From Bacteroidota bacterium (GTDB lineage: Bacteria > Bacteroidota > Bacteroidia > Cytophagales > Cyclobacteriaceae), in contig JBMOLS010000007.1 in assembly GCA_049324055.1 (NCBI GenBank), positions 32,493-96,492 on the forward strand: a stretch of 64,000 bases of DNA, given 5' to 3'. Positions 20,039-27,129 of the stretch are shown here, in pieces (positions within the stretch are counted from its first letter, which is position 1; each line of letters begins with the position of its first letter). The notes beneath the pieces are model-generated. The model was not told the DNA's origin and ran no database searches. It saw only the letters and a list, made by a program, of their open reading frames with translations. The translations under genes were made by a program, and so were the position numbers.

Positions 20039-20737
20039 TTAACTGAATAACGTAAGGTTTCCATGCTGATCGGCCGGAGGGGCAGGTAGCAGCAGAGAAG
20101 CCTCATCGTTGCTGGCATCGTTGATGCGTGGGGAAACCGTGTAGTTCTCCAGCAGTATTCCTTTTTTCGTTTTTTCCAGCAGTTGCAGCAACGCGTCCTC
20201 ATCGGCATCGGGTTGCAGCCAGGTGGCGTAGTCTTCTTTCTTAAGAATAGCCGGCATGCGGTCACTCAGCGCAGCCACTTCGGGCGAGGCCGGGCATGTA
20301 ATGAGGGTAAAGGTGTGGAACACTTCACCGGTTTCATCGTCAAATTCTTCCCAGAAGCCGACCATGCCAAACAGGCCTTTATCGGGCGTACGCAGCCGGT
20401 AGGGGATGGTTGTTTTTTTGCCGAGCCGTTTCCACAGGTAGAAGCCATCGGCAGGCACCAGGCAGCGGTATTTCTTCAACGACTTGCGCAATGTGGCGCG
20501 CTCGCTGATCTGCTCGCAGTGAACGTTGATGATTTTTTCGCTGATGGCTTTGTTCTTGGCCCACTGGGGCATGGTGCCCCAATAGAAGTGCGACAGACCG
20601 GTGCTGCCGGTGGTAATTACCGGCAATAGTTGCGAGGGGGCCGCATTGTAGCGTGGCTTTTCGAATCCGTAAGGATCTACCCTGAAATGGTCTGCCACCT
20701 GGGCGGCTGTGCACGCCAGCGAGTATCTTTCTATCAT
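20039..20737 (-). CDS. SRAP (SOS-response associated peptidase / DUF159, YedK-HMCES family) homolog with substituted catalytic residues
   Basis: 232 aa. Family motifs are recognisable (RYNAAPSQ, CLVPADGFYLWK, DRMPAIL). The N-terminus is MIERY rather than MCGRF/Y. An in-frame TGA lies 4 codons upstream of the ATG. The ATG overlaps the stop of the upstream hydrolase gene (ATGA). Confidence 0.75.
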   Translation of the reverse strand: MIERYSLACTAAQVADHFRVDPYGFEKPRYNAAPSQLLPVITTGSTGLSHFYWGTMPQWAKNKAISEKIINVHCEQISERATLRKSLKKYRCLVPADGFYLWKRLGKKTTIPYRLRTPDKGLFGMVGFWEEFDDETGEVFHTFTLITCPASPEVAALSDRMPAILKKEDYATWLQPDADEDALLQLLEKTKKGILLENYTVSPRINDASNDEASLLLPAPPADQHGNLTLFS

Positions 20738-21687
20738 CCGGTCAGGTTGTCAATAAACTGTAAAGATTGCAACTCCGACCAATATAAACCAGTGCGATTA
20801 AAAAGGGCGAAGCCTACGTGCCCCCCGCGCTCAGGGTAGCGCACAGTAAGAAAAGAGTTGGCGGAAGCGGGGTAGCATTTCGTGGAAAGGAAGGGGTCGT
20901 TCTTCGCATTGAGCAGCAACACGGGCCGCTGAATGTGGCCGATGAAGTGCATGGAACTGCATTGCTCATAGTAGTCCAGCGCATCGCGAAAGCCATGCAA
21001 TACAGAGGTGTAGCGGTTGTCGAAATCGATTAGCGTCTGTATTTTGTTGAGTCCCCGGGTGCTCAGGGCTTTGTTTGACTTTGCCTTGCGAAGTATTTTT
21101 TCTTTGAGGCTGCGGAGAAACCGTTTTGCATATACCGCGTTACCGGGTTGCGAAATCTGAACACAACTGCCATGCAAGTCGAGCGGAACGGAAATGGCCA
21201 CGGCACCGCGCACGGGTTCGGGCAGGGCAGCCGACTGTTCGCCCAGGTACTTCAGCGTCAGGTTACCACCCAGGCTAAAGCCAATGAGGTAGATCTTTCT
21301 GTAGCCCTTCCGTTGTGCGTGTTGCACCACGGTGTGTAAGTCGTCTGTAGCACCGCTGTGGTAAAAGCGCGTTTGGCGATTCATTTCTTCGCTGCAGCCG
21401 CGGTAATTCCAGGCCAGCACATCATACCCTGCGGTTGCAAAGGCACGTGCCATTCCTTTCATGTAGGGCCGGGTGCTATTACCTTCCAGGCCGTGCGAGA
21501 GGATGACGAGTTTTTCCGCATCGTTGCGAATCCAGTCGAGGTCGAGAAAGTCATCATCGGGCGTGGCCATGCGCTCGCGCTGGTAAGGTGCCAATGCCAC
21601 ACTGCGAAACAGTGCCGGGTAGATGGTTTCAGCATGCCGGTTGAATAACCACCAGGGCGATTGGTAATGGTCGGCTGCCGTATTCAC
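20734..21687 (-). CDS. alpha/beta-fold hydrolase (YheT/ABHD1-3-like)
   Basis: 317 aa. WWLFNRHAETIYPALF at the N-terminus, HGLEG, and the nucleophile elbow GFSLGGN. Confidence 0.75.
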   Translation of the reverse strand: MNTAADHYQSPWWLFNRHAETIYPALFRSVALAPYQRERMATPDDDFLDLDWIRNDAEKLVILSHGLEGNSTRPYMKGMARAFATAGYDVLAWNYRGCSEEMNRQTRFYHSGATDDLHTVVQHAQRKGYRKIYLIGFSLGGNLTLKYLGEQSAALPEPVRGAVAISVPLDLHGSCVQISQPGNAVYAKRFLRSLKEKILRKAKSNKALSTRGLNKIQTLIDFDNRYTSVLHGFRDALDYYEQCSSMHFIGHIQRPVLLLNAKNDPFLSTKCYPASANSFLTVRYPERGGHVGFALFNRTGLYWSELQSLQFIDNLTG

Positions 21688-21694
21688 GCTGCTG

Positions 21695-22222
21695 TTATTT
21701 CCAGCCCATGCGTTCTTTCAGGCTGGTTACATGGCCCAGGTGGTGGTCGCCATGCCACGCGTAGAGGGCCACTTGCCGGTCGAGGCGCACGTGCTTGTTG
21801 GTTTCCGGATGCAGGAATGAACGCTGCCAGTCGCTGGGACCAATTTGCCTGAGCAACGTGGTCCATTTGGCGTGCAGGGCAATCAGCAATTGCAGCGAGA
21901 GGGCAGGGGGGGCCTTTGTTTCAGGCGTCTGGGCCCAGTCTTTTTCATTGTACGCTTTGATGAGCGGTGTCTCCTCCGTCAGGGTCCACTTCAGCCGTAT
22001 GTAGGCGTTCATGTGGCTATCGGCCACGTGGTGTATCACCTGTCGCAGTGTCCAGCCGCCATCGCGGTAGGGGGTATCGAGTTGTGCATTGGTTAAGGTT
22101 GCGGCAGCCGCGGCCAGCCTTTGTGGCAACGTGGCGATACGTTCTATGCAGGCGTTCAGTTCTGCGGGTGTGTAGTTTTCTTGCGGCACAAAAGTGCCAA
22201 TAGGGTAGCGTGGATCGGACAT
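21695..22222 (-). CDS. DinB/YfiT-family metal-dependent protein (bacillithiol-transferase-like)
   Basis: 175 aa. YPIGTF at the N-terminus and His-rich helices (VIHHVADSHMNAY, WHGDHHLGH). Confidence 0.75.
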   Translation of the reverse strand: MSDPRYPIGTFVPQENYTPAELNACIERIATLPQRLAAAAATLTNAQLDTPYRDGGWTLRQVIHHVADSHMNAYIRLKWTLTEETPLIKAYNEKDWAQTPETKAPPALSLQLLIALHAKWTTLLRQIGPSDWQRSFLHPETNKHVRLDRQVALYAWHGDHHLGHVTSLKERMGWK

Positions 22223-22258
22223 GGGTAAAATCGGGTTTTGAAAAATACCAGAACGAAA

Positions 22259-23074
22259 TTAGTCGTTGTTTTGTTCGGCCACCGCCTCTCTCAATTCTTC
22301 TTCTGTGTAGTTTTTCTTCAGCTTCACCGGCTTGCTCTTCCGCTTTTTGCGAACGCGTATGTTTGTGAATTCAATGAGCAGCGAGAAGGCTACGGCAAAG
22401 TAGATATAGCCTTTGGGTATCTCTTGGTGTAAACCTTCCAGCATTAATGTGAAACCGATGAGGATGAGAAAGCCCAGGGCCAACACTTCCATAGAGGGAT
22501 GGTTTTTGATGAAATCGCTGATGGCCCCGGCAAAAAACATCATCACAAAAATGGAAACAACTACGGCTATGATCATGATGATTACCTGCTCGGGCGGAAC
22601 AATGCCCACGGCCGTAAGGATGGAGTCGAAAGAAAAGATGATGTCGAGCAGGATGATCTGAACAATGGTTCCCACGAAAGTGGCGGCTGCTTTTTTTGCA
22701 CTTCCCTCGTCTTCCTCTTCCCCTTCCATTTCGTGGTTGATCTCCAGCGTACTTTTCGCGATGAGGAACAAGCCGCCAAACAACAAAATCAGGTCGCGCC
22801 CGCTGAAGCTGTGCGGATTGTTCATGAGAATGTTGGCAGGAATGGTGAACAGCGGCTCGGTGAAACCGATGATCCAGGTGATGCCCAGCAGTAACAACAC
22901 CCGCACCACCATGGCCAATGCCAGGCCAAAATTGCGGGCTTTTTTGCGCTGGTCTTCTGGTAACTTATTGGATACAATGGAAATAAAAATAATGTTGTCG
23001 ATACCTAAAACGATCTCAAGGAAACAGAGCGTGAGCAGGGCCAACCAAGTGTCGGCTTTAAGGAACAATTCCAT
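22259..23074 (-). CDS. TerC-family integral membrane protein
   Basis: 271 aa, multi-TM. LEIVLGIDNIIFISI and LLDIIFSFDSILTAVG are the TerC repeated motifs. Confidence 0.85.
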   Translation of the reverse strand: MELFLKADTWLALLTLCFLEIVLGIDNIIFISIVSNKLPEDQRKKARNFGLALAMVVRVLLLLGITWIIGFTEPLFTIPANILMNNPHSFSGRDLILLFGGLFLIAKSTLEINHEMEGEEEDEGSAKKAAATFVGTIVQIILLDIIFSFDSILTAVGIVPPEQVIIMIIAVVVSIFVMMFFAGAISDFIKNHPSMEVLALGFLILIGFTLMLEGLHQEIPKGYIYFAVAFSLLIEFTNIRVRKKRKSKPVKLKKNYTEEELREAVAEQNND

Positions 23075-23250
23075 ACGAGGGTTTGTCGAGTTTGTTCGGT
23101 TCGAACTTCCAAATTAAGCAAAGCCCCGAACTTCAAAAAACTATGCCCTGAAATTGAAAAAAAATCTCTGAGAAGGTGGGGCCGAACTCTATTTTTGATG
23201 GCTGCGTCACTACTTTGTATACGGAATCCCTTTATTTTTGCGCGATTCAC

Positions 23251-23337
23251 GGAGAGGTGCCAGAGTGGCCGAATGGGACGGTCTCGAAAACCGTTATACG
23301 GGCAACTGTATCGAGGGTTCGAATCCCTCCCTCTCCG
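23251..23337 (+). tRNA. tRNA-Ser (anticodon CGA)
   Basis: The acceptor stem ggagagg pairs with cctctcc. The anticodon stem is acggt/accgt with loop cuCGAaa. There is a long variable arm, and the T-arm is gaggg-ttcgaat-ccctc. No encoded CCA. Confidence 0.93.
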
Positions 23338-23476
23338 CTCTATCGTCCAAAGCCCCGCATGATTGGGCGAAGAGGGTTCTTAGAAGTCATCTCAAAAGAT
23401 ACACCTCCTTGCCGAAGCGAAGTAGCAGGCAGGCACCGAGTGCCGGTATATCAATAGGTATGAATGAGCAGAAACC

Positions 23477-24256
23477 ATGAACACCAGCCAACTGAAATGG
23501 AAAAATATTGATGCCTACCACGCTGCTTTTCCGCTTCCTGTCAGAAAGCGGTTGGCGCAAATGCGGAAAGCTATACGGCAGGCGGCACCGCAGGCAACGG
23601 AAACAATTAGCTATGGCATGCCGGCCTTCCGGCAAAACAAGGTGCTAGTTTATTATGGGGCCAACAAGGCGCACATCGGGTTTTACCCCACTCCCGGCCC
23701 GATTGTACTTTTTAAGAAAGAGCTGACGTCTTATCAAATGTCCAAAGGTGCCATTCAATTTCCATTCGATAAACCGCTGCCCATACCCTTGATAAAGAAG
23801 CTGGTGAAGTTTCGGGTGGAAGAAGATGCCTACACTTCAAAGGCTAAAGCGGCTGCACAAAAAACGAAGTTGGATGGTGAAATCGACCGATACAATCGGC
23901 AACAAGGTGCACACCGAGCCATTTGCGATCGGTTGGCAGTAGAGATCAACAAACAGTTGAAGGGTGCCGAAAACAAGATATGGCACCGCCACCCGGTATG
24001 GTTTCTGAATGGTAACCCCATTGTGGGTTACAGCCAACAAAAGCAAGGCATTCGCCTCATGTTCTGGAGCGGCCAGGGCTTCGATGAAGAAAAGCTAAAT
24101 GTAAGCGGACAGAAGTTTAAAGATGCCTCCATTTTTTATAGTAAAGCGGATGACATCAACGCGCCCGATCTGAAGCGCTGGCTCAAGAAAGCCGAAACGA
24201 TTCAGTGGGATTATAAGAACCTGGTGAAACGCAAAGGGCGGCTGGTGCGCCTGTAG
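23477..24256 (+). CDS. DUF1801 (YdhG-like) domain protein, apparently two tandem domains
   Basis: 259 aa. The N-terminal half has ISYGMPAF...HIGFYP, typical of DUF1801. The C-terminal half repeats a similar pattern (HPVWFLNGNPIVGYS...). Confidence 0.6.
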   Translation: MNTSQLKWKNIDAYHAAFPLPVRKRLAQMRKAIRQAAPQATETISYGMPAFRQNKVLVYYGANKAHIGFYPTPGPIVLFKKELTSYQMSKGAIQFPFDKPLPIPLIKKLVKFRVEEDAYTSKAKAAAQKTKLDGEIDRYNRQQGAHRAICDRLAVEINKQLKGAENKIWHRHPVWFLNGNPIVGYSQQKQGIRLMFWSGQGFDEEKLNVSGQKFKDASIFYSKADDINAPDLKRWLKKAETIQWDYKNLVKRKGRLVRL

Positions 24257-24277
24257 CCGTAATTACCACTTGGCCGG

Positions 24278-24739
24278 CTACACCACTTCTAATTCCTGCG
24301 GCAGCACCAATTGCACCGACTTTAACCACTCCGCTTCCAACAGATTTGCCCAGGTATGCATGTACTTCACCACATCAGCATTCACATTGTGTTTCAGGTT
24401 GCGTTCGCCCAAAGGTAAGCCGCGCAGCACCCTGGCATCCGACAGGCGTTCCAGGTGCTTGAGGTCATCGGCATCGAAACCAAAGGCAAGCAATTCAGAA
24501 ATCACATCATCCATCGGTAAGCCGCTGGTGGGGCAGTAGTCGTTAAGTTGCTCAGACCAATCGCCATGGCCCAGTAATGCTCTTCTGTGTATTTCGGCCT
24601 TCGTAAGTTGGGTTACCTGTTGCGCCAGGAAACCACAGTTGCAGGCACCCATGTGGCCCCACTGGTAGTCGTGGTTGTTGGCCAATTGTTTGGCGGCCTC
24701 GCGAATAGCATTAATGACCTCTGCTGAAACTTTTGCCAT
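24278..24739 (-). CDS. hypothetical protein (153 aa)
   Basis: Clean ORF with normal composition, but I recognise no motif. It is divergent from the M13-like gene, with 61 bp between the start codons. Confidence 0.5.
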   Translation of the reverse strand: MAKVSAEVINAIREAAKQLANNHDYQWGHMGACNCGFLAQQVTQLTKAEIHRRALLGHGDWSEQLNDYCPTSGLPMDDVISELLAFGFDADDLKHLERLSDARVLRGLPLGERNLKHNVNADVVKYMHTWANLLEAEWLKSVQLVLPQELEVV

Positions 24740-24782
24740 ACCGGTAATGTGTTTTCAAACTAATATAAATAACATTGAAGTT

Positions 24783-24790
24783 TATTTTTG
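24783..24790 (+). promoter_or_regulatory. Bacteroidota -7 promoter box (exact TAnnTTTG: tatttttg)
   Basis: An exact consensus match 11 nt before ATG 24801 and 47 nt before ATG 24837. Confidence 0.3.
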
Positions 24791-24800
24791 GTTCTTGAAA

Positions 24801-26690
24801 ATGTTTGGTGTGGAGCAACTTGATAACCGCCTGATAATGGCGCTGTTGTTGTTGGCAGGCGCCTGCGGATCACCTCCCCGGGAGGCAGCACCAGATGCAG
24901 TGCCTTCGGTTCTCAATCCCGACACCACAGTGCGGCCCGCAGCCGATTTTTACCGGTTTGCCAATCATTATTGGATGCAGACCGCACCGATTCCTGCCGG
25001 CTACCAGGCATGGACGATTTACCACGAACTGGAACACACCAACCGGCAGCAGTTGCTGGAAATTATGCAGCGTGTACCAGAAAATCCGCGTTACCCGGAA
25101 GGGTCGGGCATCCGCAAGGCATGGTACATGTTTCAAGTGGGGATGGATTCGGTGCGGGCAGAACGCCTGGGGTTGCGTCCCTTGCGGCCCCTGCTCAATG
25201 CCATTGCATCCATTCGAACCCCTGCCGATTTGTTGACTTACCTGAAAGAAGATTATTTCTGGGTGCCGCCCTTTTTTCAGTGCACACCTTCGGGTGATGG
25301 AAGAGCAACGTTGACCCCGGCTGGTCTGGGGTTGCCGGATCTGCAGGACTACCTGGCACTGGATGCGGAAGCCCGAAGCACACGGCAACAATACGTGGCG
25401 ATGATGGAACAGTTCTTCCGGCTCGCTGGTCAGTCGGAGAGTGCCGCGCAAGCAGATGCATGGGAAGTATGGGAAGTGGAATCTGCCTTAGCCAGGGCGT
25501 GGCTGCAGACGGACGATGTGCCACGCAGCTATTTTCGGTGGACCGAACTAGATCAGATTTCATCGGGCTTTTCGTGGTCGGCCTGGAAGGCAGCTACCAA
25601 CCTGCCTGCGGAGTGGGTGTTCACCTCGCGCGCAGAGATGGCCGCACTGGACAGAATTTTCGACCTGCCCCTGGACAGACTGAAGAGCTACCTGAAAGGA
25701 CAGTTGTTGCGCAAGGCCGCACCCTTTCTTACGGTCGGTTTTCAACAGGCTCACGCTGACTTTTATCCCACAAACCCCTTCGATGCTACGCGGATGCACC
25801 GCGTGTTGCGCGTGGTGAACGAAACATTTGCCGATGCCGTGGGCAGGGTATATGTGCAGCAATATGCTTCCAACGATGGCTTGCTGCAGGCGCAGGCGTT
25901 GGCCGCCAACATTCGCCTGGCCCTTGCCGACCGCATCAAAGCCTTGCCCATAGCCGACTCTTTGAAGGTGGAACCTTTGGCGAGATTGCAGGATCTGACA
26001 GTCCATGTCGGCTATCCGGACACGTGGAGGCGTTATACTGCCCTGGTGCACGAAAAAGACACCGCGCGTATTTCGTGGGTGGGTTATGTAATGCAGGCAA
26101 GAAAATTTCAATACCAGGAACTTTGGCGACCACCTATGCCTGGCGAGTGGAATACCCCCGCGCAGTCAACCCAACTGGTTTACGAGGAGGCCACTCACAC
26201 CCTCACCATCCCGGCCGGCTTTCTGCAACACCCGGTTTGGCATCAAAAAGCAGATGTGCCTGCCCAATATGGCTTATGTGGAACGGAGGTGGCCCGCGCT
26301 TTGGTGCCCCTTTTCCAGGGGGTTTTTCACCCGGTGCTGGCACCCTTTAGGCAGGCTATACAACGGGGACCTCGCGGGGCGGATGAACAGGAAAAAGCTG
26401 CCTTGTGGGAAACGGAAAGCGTGGCTTTGCACGTAGCGCTAGAAGCATGGAGACGGTACCAGCGCGAAAACCCCGCCTATCGAAGTACCTCCCGGTGGAC
26501 ACCCGAACAGCAGTTCTTCATCGCCTGGGCCGCGCTTTGGCGAACAAAACACCTTCAACCGCCTGACGAACACCTGTTTCAGGATTGGATGAAGCCTCTC
26601 TTTTATTGTGATTCTTTTTACGAGGCTTTTGCGGTGCAAACTACCGATGCTGCGTTTGTGGCTCCGCAGCAGCGCCTGGTCTTTTGGTGA
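24801..26690 (+). CDS. M13 (neprilysin/PepO) family homolog lacking the HExxH zinc motif, probable lipoprotein
   Basis: Lies in ORF 24675-26690. The start is moved to ATG 24801 (or 24837), which gives the lipobox LLLLAGAC. M13 landmarks are present: FYRFANHYW at the N-terminus, IPAGFLQHPVW, QQFFIAWAALW, and a C-terminal ...VFW. The position where xYGxxGxVIGHExxH is expected reads QYGLCGTEVARALVP (26265-26309). Confidence 0.75.
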   Translation: MFGVEQLDNRLIMALLLLAGACGSPPREAAPDAVPSVLNPDTTVRPAADFYRFANHYWMQTAPIPAGYQAWTIYHELEHTNRQQLLEIMQRVPENPRYPEGSGIRKAWYMFQVGMDSVRAERLGLRPLRPLLNAIASIRTPADLLTYLKEDYFWVPPFFQCTPSGDGRATLTPAGLGLPDLQDYLALDAEARSTRQQYVAMMEQFFRLAGQSESAAQADAWEVWEVESALARAWLQTDDVPRSYFRWTELDQISSGFSWSAWKAATNLPAEWVFTSRAEMAALDRIFDLPLDRLKSYLKGQLLRKAAPFLTVGFQQAHADFYPTNPFDATRMHRVLRVVNETFADAVGRVYVQQYASNDGLLQAQALAANIRLALADRIKALPIADSLKVEPLARLQDLTVHVGYPDTWRRYTALVHEKDTARISWVGYVMQARKFQYQELWRPPMPGEWNTPAQSTQLVYEEATHTLTIPAGFLQHPVWHQKADVPAQYGLCGTEVARALVPLFQGVFHPVLAPFRQAIQRGPRGADEQEKAALWETESVALHVALEAWRRYQRENPAYRSTSRWTPEQQFFIAWAALWRTKHLQPPDEHLFQDWMKPLFYCDSFYEAFAVQTTDAAFVAPQQRLVFW

Positions 26691-26767
26691 TATTTGATCA
26701 ATTAAAAAGCATTCATTTTGTTATTTTAACCGGGCTTGCTATTATTGCCCCACAATTTTTCAGCTAC

Positions 26768-26953
26768 ATGGGAAAAGGAGACAAGAAATCGAAGAAAGGA
26801 AAGCGCTGGAGACATTCTTTTGGTGTATCCAGAAACCGCCAGGCCATTAAGGCCAAATTGAAGCGCAATGCTTCCAAGAAAAAGAAAGAGGGTACAGTTG
26901 CAGCAGCTCCTGTAAAGGTGAAACGCGTAGTAAAGAAGAAGGCAGAAGCCTGA
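26768..26953 (+). CDS. 30S ribosomal protein bTHX
   Basis: MGKGDKKSKKGKRWRHSFGVSRNR... is the THX signature. 61 aa and highly basic. The ATG at 26768 lies inside listed ORF 26684-26953. Confidence 0.8.
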   Translation: MGKGDKKSKKGKRWRHSFGVSRNRQAIKAKLKRNASKKKKEGTVAAAPVKVKRVVKKKAEA

Positions 26954-26966
26954 TCATTTCGAATTA

Positions 26967-27038
26967 ATGAAGCACAACGTACATACTGCATGGTGGTGGC
27001 AAGGTTCTGAACCGAATCGGTGCCCGGCTGTGTTGTAA
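26967..27038 (+). CDS. trp operon leader peptide (23 codons, three consecutive Trp codons)
   Basis: The ORF reads atg aag cac aac gta cat act gca TGG TGG TGG caa ... taa, giving MKHNVHTAWWWQGSEPNRCPAVL*. It is too short for the supplied ORF track. It lies 92 nt upstream of trpE and directly upstream of an intrinsic terminator. Confidence 0.75.
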   Translation: MKHNVHTAWWWQGSEPNRCPAVL

Positions 27039-27077
27039 CGTTTGCTATTCACAATAGAGAAAGCCTGCTCCGATTCG
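27013..27077 (+). promoter_or_regulatory. candidate antiterminator helix of the trp attenuator
   Basis: 27013-27020 cgaatcgg pairs with 27070-27077 ccgattcg (8 bp). In addition 27022-23 pairs with 27067-68, and 27026-29 ggct pairs with 27062-65 agcc. This helix sequesters the whole 5' arm of the terminator. Confidence 0.55.
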
Positions 27078-27101
27078 ATCGGGGCAGGCTTTTGTTTTTT
27101 T
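27059..27101 (+). terminator. intrinsic terminator (trp attenuator; also the first terminator after the bTHX gene)
   Basis: A 14-15 bp GC-rich stem (27060-27074 with 27078-92, one G.U pair) is followed by ttttgttttttt. It ends 29 nt before the trpE ATG. Confidence 0.85.
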
Positions 27102-27129
27102 AATCGTTTGAATTGTTGAGAAACAGCGC

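Noticed and set aside
23075-23250. Possible yybP-ykoY (Mn2+) riboswitch upstream of the TerC-family gene.
   Set aside because: The minus-strand sequence lacks the conserved GGGGAGUAG-type core and shows no four-way-junction pairing that I could trace. Only weak GGCCCC/GGGGCU complementarity is present. Part of the spacer belongs to the tRNA-Ser upstream region.
23251-23476. tRNA-Ser as an integration site for a mobile element.
   Set aside because: No integrase or other mobile-element gene lies immediately downstream of the tRNA, and I saw no direct repeat of the tRNA 3' end anywhere in the window.
25023-25037. An HExxH string (HELEH) in the M13-like protein.
   Set aside because: It lies at about residue 75 in the N-terminal (M13_N) region, far from where the catalytic motif aligns. 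It is most likely coincidental and does not rescue the missing active site.
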